A stretch of DNA of 64,000 nucleotides, taken from Octopus bimaculoides. Lineage: Eukaryota. Positions 24,551 to 36,104 of the stretch are shown piece after piece (within the stretch, counting starts at the first letter, position 1; every line of letters starts with the position of its first letter). The translations under genes were made by a program, and so were the position numbers. The stretch covers positions 18,011,914 to 18,075,913 of the forward strand of contig NC_068988.1 of the NCBI RefSeq assembly GCF_001194135.2, given 5' to 3'. Below the pieces are notes generated by a model. The model saw nothing but the letters and a program-made list of their open reading frames with translations. It was not told the origin of the DNA and searched no databases.

Positions 24551-24940
24551 ATGATAGAAGAATAGGGACGGCGTTACAAAGTAAATGTTTTCTACCTCTT
24601 AAAAGATGCTGAATTACTGAAACAACTACAATCGGCTTAGTTACCATTTCTATGGCCTTCGAAAGATAACGACGCTCTCATTCGTAGCATTTTGACCGCC
24701 TTGACTTAGATGATTCTACTTTCATCTCTTTTTTCTAATACATCAGCTATTGTCATTTCCATTCAAATCTTAATGACCAGACTAGATAATATCAGCGTCA
24801 AAAGATTTCTTAGAAGCTTATAAATATATAGATAGATAGATAGACTCATATATGCATAAACACACACACATATATATATATATATACAAGTATATATGTG
24901 TATATTATGTGCATGTGTGTATACATGTGTGTAGATATAT

Positions 24941-25001
<61 letters not shown>

Positions 25002-25161
25002 TTTATGAATGTGTATGTGTGTTATGTCAAACCGCTCTTGAGCACTACTGGTAACGTTACTCAAAGCAATCTCTGGAATGGTCGGCTCGGTGGTGATTTA
25101 ACTAACAAACTCTACATTCTTAGACCATCTTCTACGATTTTTGCACTAATAAGTGAGCATG

Positions 25162-25549
25162 GTGGAGGCGCAATGGCCCAGTGGTTAGGGCAGCGGACTC
25201 GCGGTCATAGGATCGCGGTTTCGATTCCCAGACCGGGCGTTGTGAGTGTTTATTGAGCGAAAACACCTAAAGCTCCACGAGGCTCCGCAGGGGATGGTGG
25301 CGTACCCTGCTGTACTCTTCCACCACAGCTTTCTCTCACTCTTACTTCCTGTTTCTGTTTGCTGTGCCTGTAATTCAAAGGGTCAGCCTTGTCACTCTGT
25401 GACACGCTGAATATCCCCGAGAACTACGTTAAGGGTACACGTGTCTGTGGAGTGCTCGGCCACTTGCACGTTAATTTCACGAGCAGGCTGTTCTGTTGAT
25501 CGGATCAACCGGAACCCTCGACGTCGTAAGCGACGAAGTGCCAACAACA
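25162..25549 (+). mobile_element. SINE family A, complete copy with intact A and B boxes
   Basis: GGCGCAATGGCCCAGTGGTTAGGGCAGCGGACTCGCGGTCATAGGATCGCGGTTTCGATTCCCAGACCGGGCG head, CAACAACA tail, 11-bp TSD AAGTGAG(C/T)ATG (25151-25161 / 25550-25560). Confidence 0.92.
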
Positions 25550-26627
25550 AAGTGAGTATGACTCACTAGCTTTAGACTAGCTTTCGTCATTTGGTATTCT
25601 GGTAACTATGACAACTAAATCTTTTTCATTGAAAACTGTTCCATCAGTAATTCTACAATTTCTTCAACAACTAAATTATCCAATACTTCACCTCATATTT
25701 CTATGAGAATGCGATATAATAAGGGAGATATGAGTTATGTAAGAGATTAGATTCAGTACCCTTCAGAACTCCTCAAGACAAAAATGGCTTCCTAACATAT
25801 ATTTAAGACTTCTTCCCTAATTTCATCACACACACAATGTGTGTGCGTATGGACACATGTATGCATACACACACACACACACACACACACACAGATACAC
25901 ATACACACATATATACATATATAAACATGCACACACACACACACACACACACACNNNNNNNNNNACACACACACACACACACACACACATGTATGTATGT
26001 ATGTATATATATATGCATACATGCTTAGTCATATATGTTAATTTTATTCATCTGTTTTTCTTATTGTTCACTCCAGAATAAACTATAAAAAATAAATGTA
26101 TATTCGAATAGAAAAAAAATGTAATCGTTAAGATGCGTTCAATAATAAATATTAAGAATATTACACTGTGTGATAAATAATGAAATCTTTTAATCGGATA
26201 TCAATAACGATCAAATATGATCTAGAAAATTCTTCGAAGAAAGCTTTGTTCTATTATCGTTGATCGGCAAAATGGGATTGTATAACTGTTACTGAAGTAT
26301 GTATGTATAGAGTTTCTCTCTCGTAACCATTATAGCAGTCAAAGAATCCAGTATCTACTGTGCAGCTGCACAAGAGTAATGGAAACCATTTCTACGCTAA
26401 ATAAGATATTGAACCAAGTTTTCAGATATTCATTTATTTGTTTTGATCTTGTTACGATGGAAAGTGAAATGTTTGATTAATGAACAACGGGAAGTTTTAC
26501 AACTTTCGTTTTTCTGTTACATGAATTCAATGAAATTACATTTACTTATTAAATCTTACTGTGAAATAATTCTGACACTATCCTTTTGTTCATCTCTTCG
26601 GGTCAATTTGTTTTACTCTTTGTGATA

Positions 26628-26657
26628 GACACTGGTGTTTCGACTAGTTATCGTCAG
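26628..26657 (-). ncRNA. Minimal type-I hammerhead ribozyme core (stem I not closed)
   Basis: Minus strand CUGACGA-U-AACUAGUC-GAAA-CACCAGUG-UC: all conserved core nucleotides, near-palindromic stems II and III, GUC cleavage triplet. Confidence 0.55.
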
Positions 26658-27739
26658 GAGAGTCGGCTACATCAAATTGTTAATTAATTACCCGTCAAGT
26701 CTGTCAGTTCTCTATTATATCGCCAAGTATACCCTGAGGGCTTGTGGTCAAGTGGTTAAATTATTGATCTCGCAATCATTCAGTCATAGGTTCAGTAACT
26801 GAACCAAGCAAACCAAGTTGTTCCAATCTGTTCAAAAGAAAATTAGTATCGGCCTTGTAGTCGTGCAGCCCTTTCTTCATTCAGCTATCACATATTCGAT
26901 TGTCCACTGGGTAAAGGAAATGAAGGCTGAGAGTTTGTCTATGTCTGCTCGCGAGTCCATAGGTACCTTAAATAATTAGCGAAAGTCTAATGCATGCTAC
27001 TATGTGATAGCGTTTACAAATGACGGCTATGACATTATTTTTTTAAGTGTACCCAGAAACAAATACTTCTTAAAAGCCAGTATATATTGGGAACTTATCT
27101 CAAATGCTCACGTTTGCTATACATCAGAAGTTGTCTTACTCTATAATTTAGCTAAAGAAACACTATATCAATGTACCGTAACTCTTCAAGCATATTTCCA
27201 TATGAAAGTGACATTCTCCATAGCTCAGCTACTTTCCTCAAAGAGACGGATTTACTCTCTAATCAGTTTTTGCTTATCCTTAAAACTGTGATGTTAAATC
27301 TGCTTACATTGCATTCTGCCTAATCCTACTCTGATGGATAGTGTAAGTGCGAGAATATCCGTAATTCTTAATCTTAAGCTTGCCTTCGTAATTTTAATGA
27401 CATGTGTAAATATTACCATTCAGCTTTAATTTTAATCAAAGGATTACGAAGAACTTGGTATATTGAAACTTGCATCTTTTACAACTAGTCTTTCACAACC
27501 TTGAAGTTAAATAGAAATTCAATCTTCTAGAGAAGTAGCATTGGTTTTGAAGCAGAGTAGCATACTCCAGCAATAAACTAAAGAGTGGCGAGTAACTTTT
27601 TCTCAGGAACTTGCCGTTGTTATTTTTTTATTTCTCTCATCCAAAATATAAAATGGTATAAGCTGGAGTTTCGAAGCAGCTGTCCATAACTATCTTCTTT
27701 CTCTTTGATTTTCAAAGAGATATTCATACCATATACATA

Positions 27740-28170
27740 TGTTCGTCCGTTGGAACGACGTGGACCATCTGATCATCCTAAATTGGGGTTGGGAGGTCAT
27801 CATTGGTGAGTGCGGAGATGGCTGATAAGCCCAATCCACGCTTGGAAAGATCTGCTGCAGTAGGGACAGGGAATGGTAGCAGGTGCCGGGGGCTTCAAAG
27901 CGTTGTTCGTTCTGTTCTGCTTGCGCTTCTCTGCAGCAGCTTTCCTGTCACTTTCATATTGACGGGCACCGTTGGGAACAGCGGCCCGCCACTTGGTCCT
28001 ATTTAAGGCTGTCTGCTCCCATGATAACGGGTCAATGTTGAAGGCCTTCAGTGATACATTTAGGCTGTCTTTAAACCGTTTCCTCTGGCCGCCATGGGAG
28101 CGCTTGCCGTGCTGAAGCTCACCAAACAGAAGCTTCTTGGGTATTCTGTAGTCTGGCATGCGGGCTACCA
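27740..28170 (-). mobile_element. RTE-clade LINE, 5'-truncated 3' end (RT C-terminus with C2H2 finger, plus 3'UTR)
   Basis: Open frame VARMPDYRIPKKLLFGELQHGKRSHGGQRKRFKDSL...WEQTALNRTKWR...CPYCSRSFQAWIGLISHLRTH is the characteristic RTE/BovB-like C-terminus. The 3'UTR ends GGTCCACGTCGTTCCAACGGACGAAC. Confidence 0.92.
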
Positions 28171-28294
28171 GTAGTATGTATGTGCGTATGTATGTGAGAG
28201 CACGAACATGCGCAGAGAATTATCAAGACGGGAAAAGACTGAAGTGATAAAGCGTTGAAATATAATTCTAAGTTTCATTTTAGTTTTGAACACC

Positions 28295-28526
28295 TCTTTT
28301 ATCTTTTACTTGCTTCATTCTTTAGACCGCGGTCATGCTGAGGCACAGCCTTGAGGAATTTTAGTCGCACAAATTGACCCCAGTACTTATTCTTATAAAA
28401 GCTGGATTATTCTATCAGGTCTTGTTTGCCGAACCGCGAGGTTACGGGGACATAAACTCACCAATATAGGTTGTCAGTCGGTGGTGGAGGACAAACACAC
28501 ATACACACACACACACACACACACAT

Positions 28527-28558
<32 letters not shown>

Positions 28559-28568
28559 NNNNNNNNNN

Positions 28569-28635
<67 letters not shown>

Positions 28636-28805
28636 AATATATATCTGCGACAGGCTTCTTTCAGTTCTCGTTTACCATATCCACTCACAAGACTTTGGTC
28701 AGTCCGAAGCTACAGTAGAAAACATTTGCCCAAGGTACCATGAACTGGAACCATGAACCCAGAACCATGTGGTAGGGAAGCAAACTTTTTACAACACGGC
28801 CATGC
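28295..28805 (-). mobile_element. SINE family O (internal (CA)n(TA)n)
   Basis: Reverse complement of the 22930 copy. Confidence 0.85.
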
Positions 28806-29649
28806 CTGTTATTCAATTTTTAGGCATTGACTGAAAGAACGAATGATCAAAACATCTTTTTATCTGATCTAGTCCTGATGTTCAATAATTAGACAATGAC
28901 TAATCTGTTGCGTTCATGCGCTTCTCCTCACCATTCGCTACAGTGAAGCTGTACCACTAAGAAAAGGAGATTAGATCTTAAATTTTAAATCTGCCATTTT
29001 ATAATCATATTAGTTGCCGTTGTTGTTTAATCCCAAGTGATCCCTGAAGGAGCAGAATCCTGATTCTTTTTGCTTTTACTTCAGACTTATTTATATCTAA
29101 GACATTTACTATTATCTCCTCCCCTCTATCGTGTTATTTGAGCAAGATTTGACTGCTATTTGCAGAAAATCGAACAACCGTGTAGAAACTATTCTGTCGG
29201 CTCATTTAAATGTTGCCGGGAAAGGATATTGGTGTAGTCTGTATTGGACGCTATGTTGTCTGTTTCACTATCCGTGACCAAATTCAAAATCGGCTTCTTT
29301 CTATCATTCTAGAGTAGATAAAAATTGATTCAAGTGATATCAATGTAATAGTCAGGAAAAGAGTAAAAGAAAAAAAAATAGCAAAAGTGTTTTCTTAAAT
29401 AACCAATCGATCCTCTATTTATAAAAAAGAAATACAATCAAGTTTGATATGAATGTCTGAAAAATAAACCAAAGCTGTCACAAGCAAGCGTGTATGATTT
29501 GGTAATATGTACGATGCATTCGCTATGTAGTTGCCTATGTAGATATGAGCACTTGCGGACACTCTTGGCACTCACTCCTTTGACTGGGTGGGACAACTTC
29601 TAGAGGGAGGGGCTGAAACAGCACTTGACTGCAGCTGGGGTTTTTTCTT

Positions 29650-29790
29650 TCTTTCTTTTTTTTTTGAGTAGATTGGAGCAACGTGAAATGAAGTGCCTTG
29701 TTCAAGGGCATAACACGTCACCCTATCCAGAAAATGAACCCTCGATTTTATGCCCATGTGCCCAGTATCCTAACGATTACGTAGCAATGA
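29650..29790 (-). mobile_element. CORE-like SINE, degenerate
   Basis: GAGTAGATTGGAGCAACGTGAAATGAAGTGCCTTGTTCAAGGGCATAACAC is the reverse complement of the CORE-like domain. Confidence 0.6.
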
Positions 29791-30519
29791 GTTTCTTTTT
29801 AATGTCAATGTAGCTTTTAAACAGAGAATTCCAAACAAAATTATTTCTTCAGATCTTATCTCATGAGTCACACAAAACTCGTAAACACAAGGAATAAAAT
29901 CTCGTATGTCAACCTTCATCTTTCCGATAACTTTACGTAATTTCTGCTTTAGGAATTTTCCACGACTGCATATCCGTGTATAATGTTTGTTACTGAACTT
30001 CAGTATTATAGTAGCATATGTATATTTCTTTAGTTTTTCTTGTTGTTCTCTTTCAATAGAAAATAAATATATGATCTCTGATTTTCTTTAATATGAGACT
30101 GCATCTTCTCATTTATATATTTCACTCAGTTTATTCTAAATTAACCACACTAACATACAATCATTTCGCTTTATAGTTCTAAAAAAGACCTTCAGAACCA
30201 ATGACCACTGTTCTTTTTTTCCATTCCAATGAAGCTACAAATAAACGAAGACGAATTTTTTCACCCTTTCACCTACAGGTTAAGTTTTTCTCTTGCCATA
30301 GAGATTGTTTTTTTCCCTTTCAGGATTCGCAAATAAAGAAACCTAGTCTGGAAAAAAAAATATATTATTTTCCAGTCTGAATTATTTTTATAACAGGTCG
30401 GGGAAAATATTATGAAAGATATTTCTATACTAAAACTCCATTTTTGCCTTCGCACAGTATCTGCAGTCTGTGTCATTATGCCCGAAACTACTACTACTAC
30501 TGTAGTAGTAGTAAACGCT

Positions 30520-30700
30520 GTTGCTTCTAATTTAGGCACAAGGCTAGTGATTTTGAGGAAAGTGTTTTAGTAGATACCATCGACCCGATTACGTGACTGA
30601 TACTTTACTTTCTTCTGACCCCAGAGGGATGAAAGACAAAGTTGTCTTCGTTGAGATAAGAACTCTGAACATAAAAAGCCATTATGAGAATCACTTCTAC
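30520..30700 (-). mobile_element. SINE family M, degenerate
   Basis: GGCACAAGGC...ATCGACCC...TGACCCCAGAGGGATGAAAGACAAAGT. Confidence 0.6.
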
Positions 30701-31358
30701 AATTTTTCTTTTTTTTTTTTTTTAGAGTGGAATGGAGGATAATTTTCATCTATTTAGTGACTTGTCAAAAGGAATTAGACGCGTCTGAAAGGACTGTAGA
30801 CAGGCATTTTTGCTTTGGAAAAGTTCTCATTAGTTCTTTAAGTTTCCTGGAAGATGCTGAAATCTAGTAAATTTATCCCATAGTAGGTGAAAGGGATGAG
30901 CCGAGCACTCGTGAATGTGCTGGCATTTAGCATGCACTTGTAGGCCAAGAAACTGGGATGGAGCACTTACTTTGTTAACCAGGGTAATCTCGGATCTATA
31001 TCGTTTATTGATTGACCCTAGGTGCCAGTCTTCCCGACGGACATTGTATAATTTTTACATTGCTTTTACTTTCAGTTTGTCTTTCTTCTTGCACTCATCG
31101 ATTTCAATATAAACATATGAAAATATCATTATATTGAACTTAAGAGAGCATTCTCTTGAGATGTTGATGCTTGTAAGACCAAATGTTTCCAAAGATGCTT
31201 AGTGGTGCATTTCAATTACACTTAAACATTTTTTGAAAGATGTTTAAGTGATCTAGGTCATGGAGAGCCCTATCTTGAAACTAGCTGGAAATCTTTTGTT
31301 TTATTTCTTTAAATTATAGTGGTGTTATTTCCGACCAGATATATATACATATGCAATC

Positions 31359-31496
31359 ATATGTATGTATGTATGTATGTATGTCATTGTTCAGTTTTAT
31401 TTCAAGATTTCTTGCCAATAGAGAAAGAGCCGGTTTGTAACCTAGATCCAAGGTTCCTTCACTGGAATTTCAACGTCAACAACAGGGTATTTTTCT

Positions 31497-31535
<39 letters not shown>

Positions 31536-32090
31536 GTTTTATGTTTGTATTCCCATGCATATAATTACATATATAGACATGCTAATATATATTCAAATGT
31601 ACTGGAAAGTGTTACAGATTATTACAATTCCAGTGATGGATTGGATCTGTAGTCTTTAAATTAGCTTTCTCCTTTTTGGTTTTGAGAAAATTAAGTTCTC
31701 AACATTGGTATTTAGGCAGCGTGTTATATATCCCAGGGCCCCGTTAATTACAGGCATTAACCTGAACTTGTAATTTGGAATAGAGTAACTGCAGATTTCT
31801 CGATATTTCAGCGTGGGTATTCTCTAATTCACTGATCTTCAGCTTTATGTTAACATCCGTTGGGCAGCTAATTTACTCAGTTTCTCTTCTCTATCCCAAA
31901 TCATTATATCAGGTCGGTTGTACTTACATTTTATTGTGGTCTTCACTGAGACATTCTACCAGTACTCCTTTTTATTGTGAATGGCTATAGCTTCTACCAT
32001 ACTGTGGGTTCTTATTTCTCTGTCCTCGGGGTTATCCTTCCTACGGATTTCATTATCGAGTGTCCTAGCTACACCATGTCTCATTGGCTG
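31359..32090 (-). mobile_element. R4/Dong-type non-LTR retrotransposon 3' end (REL endonuclease) with (CATA)n tail
   Basis: Minus-strand peptides MRH-GVARTLDNEIRRK..EYW*NVSVKTTIKCKYNRPDIMIWDREEK..SCPTDVNIKLKISE..PVINGALGYITRCL show the RH..PD..D restriction-like endonuclease signature. The 3'UTR ends AATAAAACTGAACAATGA(CATA)n. Confidence 0.8.
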
Positions 32091-32121
32091 ATGAGACATT
32101 GTGTAGCTAGGACACTCGATA
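32054..32121. other. Near-perfect fold-back hairpin (31-bp stem, one mismatch, 6-nt loop)
   Basis: TATCGAGTGTCCTAGCTACACCATGTCTCAT-TGGCTG-ATGAGACATTGTGTAGCTAGGACACTCGATA; 30 of 31 pairs, checked base by base. Confidence 0.95.
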
Positions 32122-32554
32122 TGTGCGCGATATGGTGATTTCATAACACGATAAAACAGTGCATGACCTTGGGACCCAGTTAGAATTTACTTCAGGTTGA
32201 GTAGCCTATCCCGCTCAAAAGGTCTCTGGATTAGGGTTGTTTAAGGATGTTAAACGAAACACCCGTGTTTCCAAGAGTGAATTATTCAAACCTCAAGAAT
32301 TCCTCTCAACACATGGTTATGATGCTTCTCCCACTACTTCTACTCGTGACCAGAGATGCACATATCGTCAACCACCAAGGGACATGCTCAACTGGTTAAG
32401 GTCAAACAACTGACAAGCAAATCTGTGTTATTGAGCAAAATATTTACTGTAGCCTATCTTTTATTATACCAAGGCAAACCATGTACATGCTAACACTTCA
32501 AGTCAGTTAAGATCAGAAATCCCGAGAGCCAGTGACTGGTACTGCATCCGAGGT

Positions 32555-32676
32555 CGACTTTAACTTTCATCTTTTCGGAGTCGATAGAATAAGCACCAGT
32601 GAAACACTGGCGTTAGTTTATTCGACTAGTCCCCTCTCTCCAAATTTCAGACCTTGTGCCTACAGTAGAAATGATA

Positions 32677-32718
<42 letters not shown>

Positions 32719-32885
32719 TGGTATTTCGTCTGCCGCTACGTTCTGGGTTCAAAATCCGCCGAAGTCGCTTTTGTCTTTCATCATTTTGGGGTCGATAAAT
32801 TAAGTACCAGTGAAACATTGTGGTCGATGTGATCGACTGTCTCCCTCCCCCAAATTTCAAGCGTTGTGCTTATAACAGAAAAGAT
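32555..32885 (+). mobile_element. Two tandem SINE family M copies with (ATT)n tails
   Basis: GAGGTCGACTTTAACTTTCATCTTTTCGGAGTCGATAGAATAAGCACCAG and GTTCTGGGTTCAAAATCCGCCGAAGTCGC..TTTCATCATTTTGGGGTCGATAAATTAAGTACCAG, each ending in ATT repeats. Confidence 0.85.
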
Positions 32886-33215
32886 TATTATTATTATTAT
32901 TATTATTATATGAACACTCACAGCTTATTTTGCTGGGTATGATGGGAAGTGTCAGCTGTTCACAGCCAGCAGACTATGGTGACACTTGTTTACTGGTAAT
33001 GCTTGAAGAACCTTACGAAGTATTCTCGCAGTTCCAAGCAATGCTGATTTATGTAGGTGTTCTACCTCCACACTTGCACCAATCTTTTTCAGCCATGTTG
33101 GTAGATGAGTGCTGATACTTCCAAGTGCACCAATTACTGTTGGTATCACGTCTACTCTCTTCATTGACCACAACCTTCGTATTTCCCACTTCAAATCGTC
33201 ATAGTTGTTTATTTT
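32884..33215 (-). mobile_element. R4/Dong-type LINE 3' end terminating in (TAA)n
   Basis: KINNYDDLKWEIRRLWSMKRVDVIPTVIGALGSISTHLPTWLKKIG..LHKSALLGTARILRKVL is a typical R4/Dong C-terminus; a short 3'UTR then (TAA)n follow. Confidence 0.85.
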
Positions 33216-33287
33216 TTTCTTCTTTCATATTGATATTGTCACCATGGCATGCTATGTCGATTATCATACATGTTCTTTCTTCTTCGT

Positions 33288-33485
33288 ATTATTATTATTC
33301 AGTAGTTTTATTTTTATAGCGTGCTTTCACTTCACTACCGGGCGCAGCTCTGTGTGCCTTGAGTATGTGCTGTGGTTTGCTGTGATGCTCTTATGGTTAC
33401 TGTATTGAAAGTGTTTTGCGTAGGATGTGTGCAGTGCTCAGTAATGCAATAATTTTCTGTATGTTATATATACTTGTAAGTCCTC

Positions 33486-33490
<5 letters not shown>
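33288..33490 (-). mobile_element. Second R4/Dong-type LINE family, short 3' end flanked by (TAA)n on both sides
   Basis: GLTSIYNIQKIIALLSTAHILRKTLSIQ*, then 3'UTR ..AAAAATAAAACTACTG(AAT)n; the 5' side abuts (TAA)n at 33487-33533. Confidence 0.75.
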
Positions 33491-33534
<44 letters not shown>

Positions 33535-34539
33535 CCAGGGTGATGGTTCGGCTGAATCGTTAGAACAAGAGCAAAACCCAGTGCGATCTAACTATTTTTA
33601 TACCGTTCTTTTCTGAACTCAAATCCCACCGATGTGAACTTTATCTTTCATTTTCGTAGGGTCGGTAAAATAAAGTACTGCAGTGGTGGGTATGGTTGTT
33701 TTAATGCAATCAGCTAAACCGCTCCCACATAACTGCTAGCCTCCAGCATAAATTAGAAACAATTATTAATTATTCTCGTCATCAACGTCGTTGTTAATCG
33801 TATTGATGGTCAAGGCTGTAACATTGTCAGTGTTACTGCTGTAATTTTCCAATCGAAGCTTCCTAAATAAGTTCACGAATTGTCTGTTGTTTATCTATTT
33901 GTTTACTAAAGAGTTTCTCAATGAGCAAAGCAACTACTGCTGTCAGTTTGTATCGATTTGTTGCTATTTCATTCATAGCTATGGTTCAGACATTATCCCT
34001 CAGACGACATACAGACTGGACGACAAAGAGAATTACATAGAACTGCATTAAGAGAAAGTTGGGTGCAATGATGCATAATGATTGAGAAGTCCGAAGACAC
34101 ACGCACGCACACACACACACACAACACACACACATCTACACACACACACATCTATACACACAGACAAGTAGTGTGTATGTATATGTCTATATATAGGCAT
34201 GTACCGATGTATACAGAGTAAGAGAGAGGGAGAGTGAGAGGAGGGAATTACAGACAGATTTGGGGATATGAGGTAGGATTGAGGAAAAAGAGAGAAAGAA
34301 AAATTGGAAAAATGACCCGGAAAGAAAAAATAAGGAAAATTGTAAATCGAAAATACATACATACATACATACACACATATATATATATAAAGGAACAGAC
34401 AGACAGACAAATATACAATGATGCTCGTTTCCATTTAAAGTTATATATAAAATCAGTTTAACATTGAATTGAAGGCTCACTTGGATCACCCAATACTTTT
34501 CAGTGGAGCACCATATCTATTTATTGTTAGAAGAAAGAT

Positions 34540-35060
34540 TGACAATGACTTGGAAGTTTCGGCCTACTAGTCGTCATCAGACTGTGACTTAGTTTTTGTT
34601 TTCTTTCCTTTTTTGCTTTTCAAACCTTATATCAAGTTTATTGTTGGTGGTTTCAACGGATGGATGGAGCAATGTATAGTATGAATATTAGTTGGTAGGG
34701 ATAAAGGAAAACTGTTGTGTAAGGAAGGAATGGAGAAAGAGAGGAAGCAAGTATATGTTTATAGGATGAGGGCAGAAAAGTGTCTGGTTTAACAAATGGT
34801 CGTGTCCTTTTGGTAGCAACTATCCGGGTGATTAACTATACTAAACGTAACTAACCCAATAGTTTGATGGTTGTAAGTTTATATGCCTTTATTCGGTTCA
34901 GTCGAGTATATAAATCTAGATGCTGACAGTTATATCTGTATGGAAGTTCATGTGGCAGATAGGTCGTATCCAGATAACGATTTGCATTAGTTGAAAGCTT
35001 TCCGAGTTAAATGAGTACTTTTATGCGTTTGTTAGAGGAGGAGGTTAGAGGTTAGTATTA
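34540..35060 (-). mobile_element. Decayed Penelope-like element (EN remnant plus pLTR with hammerhead)
   Basis: Weak GIY-YIG-like peptides (..CHMNFHTDITVS..) upstream of a CT-rich pLTR that carries a hammerhead motif, the same layout as the 8.9-9.8 kb relic. Confidence 0.45.
34541..34588 (-). ncRNA. Minimal type-I hammerhead ribozyme
   Basis: Minus strand ACAGU-CUGAUGA-CGACUAGUAGGCC-GAAA-CUUCCAAG-UC-AUUGU: complete core, 5-bp stem I, stem II with one A.C mismatch, short stem III, GUC cleavage site after 34547. Confidence 0.65.
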
Positions 35061-35264
35061 TCCTAATTTAGATTTTATACAATAATATATACAAATATAG
35101 GTGTGACGGGGTAACTTAATAAAAGGTTTGCTTCTAAGTAAATTTTCAGCTTCACGTCCAAATGCATCTACACGCGTGTGTATGTATGCGTGTGCATCTG
35201 TGAATATGCATACAATGCTTTTATACATACATATATACATGTATGATATATATTTGTATGTATG

Positions 35265-35299
<35 letters not shown>

Positions 35300-35300
<1 letters not shown>

Positions 35301-35745
35301 GGCTACTGCCTCCTTTCTTATCTTGGCTCCTGCCAAGCCAGCACGAACTTCTCTCTCCCTTCCAGTTCGTCACATCACTGCGTTCAGTATACATATATAT
35401 TTTTTCACGTCTGGCCCTACTAGCCCTACTTGTTTATTTTCATTGTTTCGTTTTCCTGTCATGTTTTCTGTTCGCCACGATATTCCTCCGCATTACAATT
35501 TTTTTTGTTTCCGTGGGAAGAGGCATTCTAACAATGCGTCCTGCCCTAACTCTTCGAAACGCAAAGTTTTAGAATGGTGGCAGCTGATGAAGGAAATGTG
35601 GCCTGTGTGTTTTCTGTACTCTGTTTATGTTCTGTTTTTCATTTTGTCCACGTATTTTTTTTTGTGACGTCTTGTACCCAGATATGCATCTATATATACA
35701 TGTAGATGTAGGTATGTACATACATGTACGTATATATGCATATAC
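35300..35745. mobile_element. Repeat family B (orientation opposite to the 17670 and 36105 copies)
   Basis: GCGTCCTGCCCTAACTCTTCGAAACGC..GCAGCTGATGAAGGAAATGTGGCC..GTGACGTCTTGTACCCAGATATGCATCTATATATACATGTAGATGTA. Confidence 0.75.
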
Positions 35746-35774
35746 TCACATATTATTTGTATTATATATATATT

Positions 35775-35827
<53 letters not shown>

Positions 35828-36104
35828 ATAGATACATATATGTATACATACATAGATATATATGGTTGAATATACAAGGAATGAAATAACTTGAAAAACA
35901 CAGATTTGTTTTACGAGACTAAAGAATATAATTAAATCGTATTATACAATATTATACAAAATAAAATTTTCTTTCTCTAATAATATGACCGGTTTCGCTG
36001 AATTTTTCAAATTTTGAGTGTTAGATGCACTCACACACATACACACTCACACACACACACACACACACATATATATCTTTAACTAGTTTCAGCTTTAAAG
36101 CTGT

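Noticed and set aside
25168-25240. tRNA-like sequence with A and B boxes
   Set aside because: It is the head of a TSD-flanked SINE, not a tRNA gene.
31219-31250. 32-nt AT-rich palindrome CACTTAAACAT..ATGTTTAAGTG
   Set aside because: Short and AT-rich, with no TSD or family evidence.
32088-32125. CTGATGAG inside the 32-kb hairpin as a hammerhead core
   Set aside because: Followed by GATA rather than GAAA, with no stem I or III; a by-product of the inversion junction.
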